A DNA stretch of 64,000 nt, taken from contig CAVTNB010000001.1 of assembly GCA_963736005.1 (NCBI GenBank), forward strand, positions 1,824,001 to 1,888,000, given 5' to 3'. Shown here piece by piece: positions 41,721-51,882 of the stretch. The position numbers were made by a program, and so were the translations under genes. Each line of letters begins with the position of its first letter. Position 1 is the stretch's first letter. The notes under the pieces were generated by a model, which made no database searches, had not been told where the DNA came from, and saw nothing but the letters and a program-made list of their open reading frames with translations. This DNA is from an uncultured Pseudomonadota bacterium (GTDB lineage: Bacteria > Vulcanimicrobiota > Vulcanimicrobiia > Eremiobacterales > Eremiobacteraceae).

Positions 41721-43406
41721 TTGCTCGACTTTATCGATCGAAAATTTACCGACGTTCTCATTGAAAAGGGTAGCCTCACCCAGGAGCACCTTGATAAGGC
41801 TCTCCAAACCGCCGAGGCGAAGGGCGAACCGCTCGAAAAAGTTCTGGTCGATATGCGTTTGGCGCCCAAAGACGAAATCATGTGGGCGCGCGCGGAAGAG
41901 TTGGGCAAGATTTACGTCGATCTGTCCAACCGCAAAATCGACGCCGACACCGCGACGATCATTCCGGAGCCTGCAGCCCGCCGGCACCATCTCCTGTGCA
42001 TTGGCAGGGTGGAAAACAAGATCACCCTGGCGATGGCCGATCCAACGGACATTCTCGCGCTCGATGACGTTCGCATCCGAACCGGCCTTGTGCCAGAACC
42101 CGTGCTATCGTTTTACGATGACATCGAACGGGCCATCGATGCGGCGTACAACAGCGGCGACAATAAGTGGCAAGAGATCGTCAGCGAAACGGGCGAGGGG
42201 CTCGACCTCGTCAAAGAGCAGGAGATGCCCGACGAGGTTCTCGTCGACGCACCCATCGTCCGTCTTGCGGACCTCATTGTCACGCAAGCGATCGCGCAAA
42301 AAGCCTCCGATATTCACATCGAACCATTTGAGCGACAGCTCGTCGTGCGCTACCGAGTCGATGGTTTGCTGCGCGAGGTGATGAGTCCACCCAAAACGTT
42401 GCAGCAGGCGCTGATTTCCCGGTTCAAGATCATGGCGAATCTGAACATTGCCGAAAAGCGCGTGCCGCAAGACGGCCGCATCCAGGTCAATATCAAGCGC
42501 GATCGATATGACCTGCGCGTGGCCTGCTTGCCGTGCCTCTGGGGTGAATCGGTCGTTATGCGAATCCTCGACCGCAAGAATGTCATGGTCGAACTGGATC
42601 AGCTGGGATTCCACGTCGACATCCTAGAGCGCTGGAAGAAACTGATCACGATGCCCAACGGAGTTATTCTCGTCACGGGCCCCACGGGTTCTGGTAAATC
42701 AACGACGCTCTACGCGACGCTCAATGCCATCAACGATCCCAACACCAAGATCGTCACGATCGAAGACCCGGTCGAGTACAACATCCAGGGCATCAATCAA
42801 GTCCAAGTGCATCCGAAGGTGGGGCTCACTTTTGCCGCCGGCTTACGCGCCTTCTTGCGACAGGACCCGGATGTCATGATGGTCGGTGAAATCCGAGACC
42901 ACGAAACCGCACTCATCGCGGTCCAATCAGCTTTGACGGGGCATCTCGTGCTTTCGACGCTGCACACGAATGACTCGGTATCGGCGATGACGCGCCTGAT
43001 CGACATGGGCGTTGAACCATTCTTGCTCGCATCGTCCGTGCAAGGCATCATGGCTCAGCGGCTGGTGCGCACGGTGTGCCGGGCATGCAAGCGAAGCATC
43101 AAAGTGGTCAAAGCAATGCATGCAAAGTTTGAAGAGTACCATATTCCGATCGCGTCGCTCCAGCTCACTCGCGGCGAAGGCTGCGACGAGTGTGCGGGGT
43201 CCGGGTATAAGGGCCGAGCCGGCATTCACGAGCTGGTCGTCATGACCGATGAAATTCGCCGAATGATTTTGGATCGAACCTCGACCGCGGACCTCAAGGC
43301 GTTGGCCCTCAGCCAAGGTTTGCGCACGCTCTATCACGATGGGTTGATGAAGGTGGCCCAAGGCGTCACGACGCTCGAAGAAGTTCTGCGCGTCGCCTCC
43401 GACTAA
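41721..43406 (+). CDS. pilB: Type IV pilus / T2SS assembly ATPase (PilB/GspE)
   Basis: ASDIH, PQDGR, GPTGSGKS, EDPVEY, LRQDPD, GEIRD, TLHTN, Zn tetracysteine. Confidence 0.93.
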   Translation: MLDFIDRKFTDVLIEKGSLTQEHLDKALQTAEAKGEPLEKVLVDMRLAPKDEIMWARAEELGKIYVDLSNRKIDADTATIIPEPAARRHHLLCIGRVENKITLAMADPTDILALDDVRIRTGLVPEPVLSFYDDIERAIDAAYNSGDNKWQEIVSETGEGLDLVKEQEMPDEVLVDAPIVRLADLIVTQAIAQKASDIHIEPFERQLVVRYRVDGLLREVMSPPKTLQQALISRFKIMANLNIAEKRVPQDGRIQVNIKRDRYDLRVACLPCLWGESVVMRILDRKNVMVELDQLGFHVDILERWKKLITMPNGVILVTGPTGSGKSTTLYATLNAINDPNTKIVTIEDPVEYNIQGINQVQVHPKVGLTFAAGLRAFLRQDPDVMMVGEIRDHETALIAVQSALTGHLVLSTLHTNDSVSAMTRLIDMGVEPFLLASSVQGIMAQRLVRTVCRACKRSIKVVKAMHAKFEEYHIPIASLQLTRGEGCDECAGSGYKGRAGIHELVVMTDEIRRMILDRTSTADLKALALSQGLRTLYHDGLMKVAQGVTTLEEVLRVASD

Positions 43407-43407
43407 C

Positions 43408-43488
43408 CCCTACCGATGGGCGACTTGATAGTCGCCCGCTACCATAGGCGCCTTGACAGTCGCCCCCTACACACCCGCTACCATCGGT
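43408..43488 (-). repeat. Tandem REP-like cluster (family C) between convergent pilB and rarA
   Basis: Reverse complements read GTAGCGGGCGACTATCAAGTCGCCC and GTAGGGGGCGACTGTCAAGGCGCC, plus extra CTAC ends. Confidence 0.75.
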
Positions 43489-43489
43489 T

Positions 43490-44806
43490 TTATTGGCTTT
43501 TCTTTTCCCAGCCGGACGTGCCGGGGGTGTAGAAGGTACTTCCTTCCAGCTCATCTGGCAAATGTCGCTGCTGCACGTGCGCATCCGGAAAATCGTGCGC
43601 GTACTGATAGCCCTCGCCGTATCCAAGCCGGCGCATGAGGTCCGTCGCAGCGTTGCGCAAGTGCAGCGGCACCGGCAGCGCACCTCGCTCGTCCACCGCC
43701 GTCTTCGCTGCAGCGTAGGCTCGCAAACCAGAGTTGCTCTTTAGCGCGAGCGCGAGGTAAATCGTCGCTTCGGTCAGCGGGTAGAGTGCCTCTGGCATGC
43801 CGATCGTGTGCGCGGCGGTGTGCGCGGCAACCGCGAGGGGCAGCGCATGGGGATCGGCAAGTCCGACATCTTCGGATGCCAAGATCACAAGACGTCGGGC
43901 CACGAACATCGGGTCCTCGCCGGCCTCGAGCATGCGCGCCAACCAGTAGACGGCCGCATCGGGATCGCTGTCGCGAACGGATTTGATAAAAGCGGAGATG
44001 ACATCGTAGTGCTCGTCGCCTGCCCGATCGTAGCGAAGAGCGCGGCGCTGCATGGCCTCTTCCACATCGTGAGCTTCGATCAGCGTGGATCCGTTGCGCG
44101 CTGCTGCAATCTCCACCGCAAGCTCGAGCGCGTTGAGCGCGCTTCGCGCATCGCCGCCCGCCAGCGCAATGAGCTTCTCTCTCGCACCCTCACTGAAGGC
44201 GACGCGCCCTCCGAGACCAACCGCCGCGTCGGTGCGTGCACGCTCGATAATAGAGGCGAGGGCTTCGTCGGTCAACTGGTTGAGCACAAAAACGCGCGAA
44301 CGGGAAAGGAGCGCCTTGTTCACTTCAAACGATGGATTCTCAGTCGTGGCGCCGATGAGCGTGATATCACCACGCTCGACGTTGGGCAGCACAGCATCTT
44401 GCTGCGCGCGATTGAAGCGGTGAATCTCATCAATGAAAAGAATCGTGCGTTTGCCGCTCGATGCCGCGCGCTTCGCTTCAGCGATCGCGCGGCGCAGATC
44501 GGCGACACCAGCCGCAACCGCGGAGAGCGCAACGATGCGCGACGAGGTCGCCGCTGCGATCAATCGCGCAAGCGTCGTCTTGCCGCTCCCAGGTGGGCCC
44601 CACAAGATCATGGATGGAAGGGCGTGTCGCTCGATCGCGGCGCGAAGAGCTGAACCTTTGCCGACGAGATGCTCTTGACCGACAAACTCGTCGAGGGAGC
44701 GCGGTCGCATGCGCGCCGCAAGCGGCGCACCGGCAGGAAGAATATCCGCCGCCAACTCACCGTCCGTGCCTTGCGACTCTGCAAAGAGTGATGGGTCCTG
44801 AGTCAT
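43490..44806 (-). CDS. rarA: Replication-associated recombination protein A
   Basis: PLAARMRP, GPPGSGKT, DEIHRF, GATTENP, SAFIKS, ASEDVG. Confidence 0.97.
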   Translation of the reverse strand: MTQDPSLFAESQGTDGELAADILPAGAPLAARMRPRSLDEFVGQEHLVGKGSALRAAIERHALPSMILWGPPGSGKTTLARLIAAATSSRIVALSAVAAGVADLRRAIAEAKRAASSGKRTILFIDEIHRFNRAQQDAVLPNVERGDITLIGATTENPSFEVNKALLSRSRVFVLNQLTDEALASIIERARTDAAVGLGGRVAFSEGAREKLIALAGGDARSALNALELAVEIAAARNGSTLIEAHDVEEAMQRRALRYDRAGDEHYDVISAFIKSVRDSDPDAAVYWLARMLEAGEDPMFVARRLVILASEDVGLADPHALPLAVAAHTAAHTIGMPEALYPLTEATIYLALALKSNSGLRAYAAAKTAVDERGALPVPLHLRNAATDLMRRLGYGEGYQYAHDFPDAHVQQRHLPDELEGSTFYTPGTSGWEKKSQ

Positions 44807-44860
44807 AACGTGAGACTTCTGCGGGCAGGCACGGACGACCCCGCGCAGAAGCGAGCCACG

Positions 44861-46066
44861 ATGGAGCGCCTCTACCTAGACAATGCTGCTACGACCGCGA
44901 TGCGGCCGGAAGCGCTCGACGCGATGCTTCCCTTCTTCTCAGGTGACTTCGCTAACCCGTCGAGCTTGCACCAAAGCGGCCAGCGGGTCAATCGCGCCCT
45001 CACCGCTGCGCGTCGGCGAGTCGCTGAGAGCTTGCACGCGCGGCCCGATGAAATTATCTTTACGTCGGGAGGCTCCGAGGCGGACAACCTTGCGATCTTC
45101 GGCATGATGAGCGGACGCTACGCGCAGGCGCACTTCGTTACGAGCGGCATCGAACATCACGCGATCCTGCACGCAGGGGACGCGCTGCGAGCGCGCGGGC
45201 ATAAAGTGACGGTGCTGCCAGTCGACCGCGCCGGTGTCGTTTCTGTTCGTTCATTAGAGGCTGCGCTCGATGGAGCGCCGGCCGTGGTCAGCATCATGCA
45301 CGGCAACAACGAAATTGGAACTCTGCAAGATATTGCGGCCCTGGCCGCCGTGGCCCACGAACGCGGCGCACTCTTTCACACCGATGCCGTGCAGAGCGTG
45401 GGGCATGTTCCCGTCGACGTTGCCGCGCTCGGCGTCGATGCGCTCTCACTCTCTGGTCACAAAATTGAAGGCCCGAAAGGAGTTGGCGCGCTTTTTGCCC
45501 GCAAGAGTCTCCCGCTCGCTCCGCTCATCTATGGAGGGGGTCAAGAGGGTGGCCGCCGCTCGGGCACCGAGAACGTGCCGGGCGTGATTGGTCTTTCGAT
45601 CGCCCTCGAACTCGCCGTCAAGGAAATGGATGTTGTGCGGCCGCGCATTGCGGCATTGCGAGATGCGCTGATCGATGGCATTCTCGCGCGCATCGACGGT
45701 GCAGTGTGTAACGGCTCACGTACTGCGCGCCTGCCGAACAACGTTAACGTGCGTTTCGATCGCATCGAAGCCGACACGGTTGTCGTCGGCCTCGATCTTG
45801 CAGGTATCGAAATCTCGACCGGCAGCGCCTGTAGCTCCGGTTCGCTCGAACCCTCGCATGTGCTGACCGCACTTGGGCTTTCGGGGGCCAGCGCTCGAGG
45901 CAGCATTCGCATATCGTTGGGCCGGACGACGACGGCGGACGACGTCAACCGCGTGCTCCAGGTCCTCCCGTCGCTCGTGGCGCGCCTGCGCAATCTGTCG
46001 GGTGCTCTCACGGTCGAGGGGGAGGCCCAAACCGTCACTTCCAAGAAGCCTGGCGTCCACCCATGA
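44861..46066 (+). CDS. iscS: Cysteine desulfurase (IscS/NifS class I)
   Basis: YLDNAATT, NPSS, SGHKIEGPKG, STGSACSS. Confidence 0.93.
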   Translation: MERLYLDNAATTAMRPEALDAMLPFFSGDFANPSSLHQSGQRVNRALTAARRRVAESLHARPDEIIFTSGGSEADNLAIFGMMSGRYAQAHFVTSGIEHHAILHAGDALRARGHKVTVLPVDRAGVVSVRSLEAALDGAPAVVSIMHGNNEIGTLQDIAALAAVAHERGALFHTDAVQSVGHVPVDVAALGVDALSLSGHKIEGPKGVGALFARKSLPLAPLIYGGGQEGGRRSGTENVPGVIGLSIALELAVKEMDVVRPRIAALRDALIDGILARIDGAVCNGSRTARLPNNVNVRFDRIEADTVVVGLDLAGIEISTGSACSSGSLEPSHVLTALGLSGASARGSIRISLGRTTTADDVNRVLQVLPSLVARLRNLSGALTVEGEAQTVTSKKPGVHP

Positions 46067-46461
46067 GCAGCCAAGACATCATGTGGCTCGCCTTCGGTGC
46101 GGCCGCACTCATCGTCGCCATCAGCCTCGCATTCGTTTTTGCGCGCCTCGCCCGCGTGCTTGGTCGCACAGACGAAACGATGGGCAAGGTCGAACAACTG
46201 CTCGACTCCATGCAAGTTCCGGCAACGCGAACGCTCGACCACGTCAGCGGGGTGGCGGGCAACATCGACGCGATGGTTGGCCGAATCGACAAGCTGACGC
46301 AGACCCTGGAGCAAGCCGCAGCGGGCGTGGCCAAAGCCGCAGATGCTGCTCAAACTGCTGTATCGCCCACCGTGGCGAATGTGGTGGGAGTTGTCGCCGG
46401 CATCTCAAAAGGCGCACAAACATTTTTCCGGTCGCGTCAAAACGGGGCATCGCGGGAATAA
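46063..46461 (+). CDS. DUF948 (YtxG-like) membrane coiled-coil protein
   Basis: N-terminal TM plus amphipathic helix; precedes ytxH. Confidence 0.7.
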   Translation: MSSQDIMWLAFGAAALIVAISLAFVFARLARVLGRTDETMGKVEQLLDSMQVPATRTLDHVSGVAGNIDAMVGRIDKLTQTLEQAAAGVAKAADAAQTAVSPTVANVVGVVAGISKGAQTFFRSRQNGASRE

Positions 46462-46467
46462 GTCTAG

Positions 46468-46487
46468 GCGGACCTTGAAGGTCCGCT
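46468..46487. repeat. REP-like palindrome core (family B)
   Basis: GCGGACCT-TGA-AGGTCCGCT. Confidence 0.65.
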
Positions 46488-46547
46488 CGAGTCGCAAAGT
46501 TTTTCACCGCTCGAACGATCGAGCGCACTCACCACAGGAGCATCGTC

Positions 46548-46896
46548 ATGGAACAAGATAACCGCAACGGTTCAGGGTTGGGATTCGCATCGGGGCTCAT
46601 CATCGGAGGCCTCATCGGCGCAGTCGTCGCTATCGTCCTTGCGCCGCAGAGCGGCGAAGAGACGCGCGAACTCATTCGCGGCAAGGCGCACGAGTTCAGA
46701 GGCAAAGCCATGGATTTGGCCTCGGATCTGCGCGACCGCGCGACAGATCTGGCGGACGACCTCCGCTCGCAAGCCGAAGACCTCAGCAAACGTGGCCGCG
46801 GATACGCTTCGACAACGTGCGCACACAATTCAACGACGCCGTCGAGAGCGGGAAAAAAGCCGCTCGTGCCAAGCTCAAGAACTAGAGACAGACTAG
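46548..46896 (+). CDS. YtxH-domain protein (frameshifts in the 3' part)
   Basis: GLIIGGLIGAVVAIVLAPQSGEETR; C-terminus split across frames. Confidence 0.85.
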
Positions 46897-46915
46897 GAGT
46901 GCGATCGTAACCAGG

Positions 46916-47264
46916 ATGGATATCAAAGTCAACGTTCGAGAGCACGACGGCAAGCGGCCATGCAGCGTCGTAGACCTCAACGGCGAGATCGACGTCTACA
47001 CGTCTCCGAAGGTGAAAGAGACGATCAGCGATCTCATCGACGAAGGCCACTACGCGCTGGTCATCAACCTGGAAAACGTACGCTACATCGATTCGACCGG
47101 ACTGGGCGTGCTCATCGGCGGGCTCAAACGCGTGCGCGAGCACAGCGGTGCGGTCAATTTCGTCTGCACGAATCCGCAGATCAAGAAGATCTTCGACATC
47201 ACCGGCCTGGTGAAGATCTTCGGCATCTACGACTCCGAAGCGAGGGCATGCGAGAGCCTTATGA
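46916..47264 (+). CDS. rsbV: Anti-sigma factor antagonist (STAS, RsbV-like)
   Basis: GEIDVYTSP, YIDSTGLGVL, IFDITGL; stop apparently displaced by an indel. Confidence 0.9.
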
Positions 47265-47700
47265 GCTCTGCGACCGCACGAGCCGGAGCCGGACGGTACG
47301 GTCGAACTCGGCATTCCAAGCCGAGCCGAGTGGGTCGGCGTGGCGCGGCTCGCCGTCGCCGGCATCGCCAGCCGGCTGCAATTCTCGATCGAAGACATCG
47401 AAGACCTCAAGCTCGCCGTCGCCGAGGCGTGCACAAACTGCATCCAGCACGCCGACGATCAGACGGCGATGCGCATCTCATGCTCCATCAAGCGCGACAA
47501 GCTCGATCGTCACCGTTGCCGATCCAGGCAAGAGCGTTTCATAGGAACCAGCGGTGCGCAGCCGAAGCCGGCTCGGCGAGCCGCAAGGTCGGCGGCTTGG
47601 GCGTGTTCCTCATCAGGACGCTGATGGACGACGTGACGTACGAGGTCGAATCCAGGACGCGGCACGCGGCTCGACGATGACCAAGCAACTCGTCTCGTAA
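47261..47700 (+). CDS. rsbW: Anti-sigma factor Ser/Thr kinase (RsbW-like), multiple frameshifts
   Basis: ARLAVAGIASR, IEDLKLAVAEACTN, VADPG and GGLGVFLIRTLMDDV in different frames. Confidence 0.85.
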
Positions 47701-47707
47701 CGTGCCG

Positions 47708-48514
47708 ATGGCCGGCTCGAAGCCTGAGCTCGCCGGACGACTGCAGAGGAGCGTTTTGACCGGGAGCGACGCGCGAACTCTTTCGCGCGTTCGCGAAGAC
47801 GTCGGGAATCGCAGTTGCGCGACGAGCTGGTCGTCGCGCACCTCAACCTCGTGCGCTATCTGGCCATCGCGCTTCGCCAACCGCGGCGAGCCGCTCGACG
47901 ACCTCATCCAGGTCGGCACGCTCGGGCTGATCAAAGCGATCGACCGCTTCGACGTCGAGCGCGGCTTGGAGTTCACGACCTACGCGACGCCGACGGTGAT
48001 CGGCGAGATCAAACGGTACTTCCGCGACAAGGGCTGGGCGATTCGCGTGCCGCGCCGGCTGCAAGAGCTCAATCTCGCCGTGAATCGCGCGCATCGAGAA
48101 CGATGTCGGTCGAGCTCGGCCGCTCGCCGCGACGGTGGCCGAACTCGCCGGAGCGGTCGGCGCGCAAGCGAAGAAGAGATCATCGAAGCGCAAGAGCTCG
48201 GGCAGGCGTACAATCTGCTCTCGCTCGACGCCGAGCTGGCCGGCCGAAGGCGAGGCAAAGGCCGCGACGCTGCGGGACTATCTCGGCGGCGTACGGACTC
48301 CGCGCTGCGATCTGCTCGAGGACAAGGCGAATCTTGCGCGGGCGTTCAGCGTGCTCGACCGCCGCGAGCGCATCATCGCTCTACCTGCGCTACTACGAAA
48401 GCGTCCTCGCAAGCCGGAGATCGCAAAGCGCCTGCAGCGTGTCGCAGATGCACGTCTCGCGCCTGCAGCAGCGCGCACTCGCCAAGATCAAGGGCGTAGC
48501 TCAAGGAAGAGTAG
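47708..48514 (+). CDS. SigB/SigF/SigG-family sigma factor, multiple frameshifts
   Basis: RGEPLDDLIQVG, KAIDRFD, YATPTVIGEIKRYFRDKGW, VSQMHVSRL. Confidence 0.9.
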
Positions 48515-48543
48515 GGCCGCGAGCAGCAACTAGTCCGCTCGGA

Positions 48544-51176
48544 ATGAAATCCCAAGCAATCCGTCAATCGTTTGTCGACTTTTTCGTCGCCGTGGCCATC
48601 GTCATACTGCCGGGCGCGAGCCTCGTGCCCGACGCGCTGTCGACCACGCTGTTCACCATCGCCGGCATGGAGCCGTTCGTGCCCGTGTTCTTCGGCGAAG
48701 CCCGCGCCGGCGCCTCGCGTCGTCACCGTGCAGCGCTGCCTGCGCGTGGCCGGCGGCAAGAACGACATCGAGAACGTCGGCCGCAGCGGCCGGCACGGCA
48801 CGTTCCTGGAGATGCTCGGCAACTTCTCGTTCGGCGACTATTACAAGCGCGAAGCGATCGCGTGGGCGTGGGAATATCTGACGATGACGTTGGCCTTGCC
48901 CGCCGAGCGCCTCCACGCGACCGTCTACGTCGATGACGACGAAGCCGCAGGAGATCTGGCGCCACGACATCGGCTGCCGGCCGAGCGCGATCACCCGCAT
49001 GCGCGAAGACAACTTCTGGGATATGGGTCCGACCGGGTCCATGCGGGCCGTGCTCCGAGATCTTCTACGACCTCGGCCCCGAGGCCGGATGCGGCAAGCG
49101 GACTGCGGCGTCGGCTGCCCGCACTGCGATCGCTACATCGAGTTCTGGAATCTCGTGTTCCAGCAATACGATCGCGACGCGGACGGCGCGTTGCATCCGC
49201 TGCCGCAAGCAAATGCATCGACACCGGCATGGGATTCGAACGTCTGTGCATGATCCTCGCCGGCAAGACGTCGATCTTCGACACCGATCTGTATCACGAC
49301 TGATGGCGGCGCTGCCGCCGGACGGGAAATCGCGTTCGAGCGAGGCGATCGCGGGGTGCAGCAGCGCATCATCGCCGACCATGCGCGCGCTGCGTCTTCT
49401 TGGTCGCCGACGGCGTCATGCCGAGCAACACCGATCGCGGTTACGTGTTGCGTTTCCTCATGCGCCGCGCGATCCGCAGCGGCAGGCTGCTCGGGTTGCC
49501 CGACGGCTTCTTCCGCGAGCTGACCCCTGTCGTATCGCACCATGGTCGGCGGCTATCCCGAGCTGCGGGCGCAGGACGAGCGCGATCGGCGTGCTCGAGA
49601 CTGAAGAGAGCAATTCGGCACACGCTTGCGCGCGGCTCGGCGCGGCTCGCGGTGCTGATCGACGGGCTCGCGCACGAGGAGCAAGCGATTGTCCGGCGCG
49701 GACGTCTTCGAGCTCCACGACACCTATGGATTTCCAGCCGAACTGACGCGCGAGATCGCCCGCGAATCCGGCGTCGACGTCGACATGGCGGGATATCGCG
49801 CGGCGATGCGCGAGCAGCGCGAGCGCGCGCGAGCCGACGCGCGGGCAAACGCGCGGAGTGCGCGTCGATACGAGCGCCGCCGGGACGGATGCGAGCGCCA
49901 CCGATTTCGTCGGCTACGACAGCCTTGAGCGCGCGCCACGCATCGTCGCGCTGACGGACGCCGCCGGCCGCTCCGTGCAACGGTTCGAAGGCGGCCACGA
50001 AGGCGGGATCGTGCTCGACCAGACGCCGTTCTACGCGGAGCGCGGCGGCCAAGCCGGCGATCGCGGAGTGATCGCGGCCGGATCCGATGCTTTCTTCGGT
50101 GGCGAATTCGCAGTCTACAAGACAAAGGCCACCGGCGGATCTTGCACATCGGGGTCGTGCGCGCCGGCGGATTCGGCCTGGGCGATGCGGTCGAGGCGAT
50201 GGTCGATCCGTGGTGGCGGCGCGAGATCCGGCGCCACACACGGTCACCCATCTGCTGCAGCGCGCGCTCAAGGACGGCCCGGTGAAAGCGTCGCGCAGCG
50301 CGGCAGCGCGGTGTTCGCCGACCGCACGCGCTTCGATTTCGATTCGCCGGTCGGCGCGCTGACGCGCGAGCAGCGCGCCAGGTCACCGCGCGCGTCAACG
50401 AACTGATCCGCGCCGATTACCACGTCGGCATCGAAGAGATGCCGTTCGCCGCAGGCGATCGCGCGCGGTGTGATCTACATGAAAGGCGAGCAGTACGGCG
50501 ACGTCGTCCGCGTCGTGTCGTTCGGGCCGAGCGTCGAGCTGTGCGGAGGCACGCACGTCGAAAGTCGACAGGCGAGATCGGCCATTTCGTGCTCATGCCC
50601 GAATCCGCGATCGGGGCGGGCATCCGGCGCGTTGAAGGTGTCGTATCCGAGTCGGCGGATGCATGGGTGGCGCGGCTCCGCGACGCAGCCGAGCAGGCGG
50701 GAGCGACGCTCACCGTGCCGCTCGAAAAGGTGGGCGAATCAGTAACCAAGCTGGCCCAGGAACGTCATGATTTGGAGAAACAGATTGAGGGGCTGCAGGC
50801 GGAGCTTGCGGCCGCGAATGCCGCGCAGTACCTTGCGGCGATCAAGGATGCGGCGGGCATTTCCTATCTCGCCGTTCGCGCGCAAAGCGCGAATGGGGTG
50901 CGCGCGCTCTCCGATGCGATCCGCTCGCGCTTTCGCAGCGGCGTGCTGGCGGTTGCCGGCGTGGATGACGCCAAGGTTTCTGTGCTCGTCACTGTGAGCG
51001 AGGACCTCGAGGCCAAAATTCCAGCGCGGCAAATCTTGAACGCGATGATGCCGTTTGTCGGGGGGAAGGGTGGCGGTTCTGCCTCTATCGCACAAGGTGG
51101 CGGCAAGAACGTAGCCGGCATCGATGCGGCCCTGAGCGCAGTGCCTGATGCGATTCGAGCGGCGTTGCATGCGTAG
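48544..51176 (+). CDS. alaS: Alanyl-tRNA synthetase, many apparent frameshifts up to ~50570
   Basis: [58 protein letters not shown] and GIRRVE across frames. Confidence 0.93.
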
Positions 51177-51882
51177 ACCCCTCACCGTGCTCGCGGCTGC
51201 TGTGGTGCTTGTCTTGCTGGCCGCAACACCCAAGTCGATCCTGGATTCCTATCGATTGGCCATTGCTTCGCGAAAGATCCCAGCGAACATGGAGTTTGAC
51301 TATACCGTCACCAAAAGCGGGCCCGCTCGTATCGTCACGGAGCAACACCGCGTCTATTGGACGAGCAGCGGCGAGGAGCGAAACGACACTATCTCGGTGA
51401 ACGGAACCCCTGTGATCCCCGCGCGATCGCAAATGCTGCACCGAACGGTTTGGCCGTATGACGCCGGCCAGTTCGCGGTGACCGCCGAGGACTACGATGC
51501 AACGCCAGCCGGCATGGCGATCATCGCCAGTCGCAGGACCTACGCCTTCGCGTTAGCGCGCAACACTCCAGCCGACTTCATGTTGAAGTCACTCTATGTC
51601 GACGCGAAGACAAAGTTGCCGATACGAGAGACGTTTGCGGTCGCAGGTCAGGATTGCGAAGGCAGCGGGTCAATCGACTTTACGGCATTTGGAGCTTACT
51701 GGCTGCCCAGCTTCGTTTCTGTCGCCTGCACCCAAACTGGCTCGGGCGCATCGCCGCCACCCGTGTTCAAAGAATCGATCCGTTTCAGCGGCTTCCAATT
51801 CCCAAGCGCCATCCCATCGGACGTTTTTTCTGCCGGTGCTTCGACCACTAGCTCAGGCGATTCCGTCACGGGCGGACCATGA
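51169..51882 (+). CDS. Hypothetical exported protein
   Basis: Signal-peptide-like N-terminus; beta-rich; overlaps both neighbours. Confidence 0.7.
   Translation: MRRPLTVLAAAVVLVLLAATPKSILDSYRLAIASRKIPANMEFDYTVTKSGPARIVTEQHRVYWTSSGEERNDTISVNGTPVIPARSQMLHRTVWPYDAGQFAVTAEDYDATPAGMAIIASRRTYAFALARNTPADFMLKSLYVDAKTKLPIRETFAVAGQDCEGSGSIDFTAFGAYWLPSFVSVACTQTGSGASPPPVFKESIRFSGFQFPSAIPSDVFSAGASTTSSGDSVTGGP

Noticed and set aside
46893..46900. 8-nt complementarity (CTAGGAGT) between the rsbV leader and the candidate sRNA loop
   Set aside because: Too short to be significant without genome-wide statistics, and it lies in the low-quality zone.
46800..50580. Programmed frameshifting or pseudogenised alaS/sigB
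   Set aside because: Too many irregular shifts across five genes, including an essential one; sequencing or assembly error is more parsimonious.
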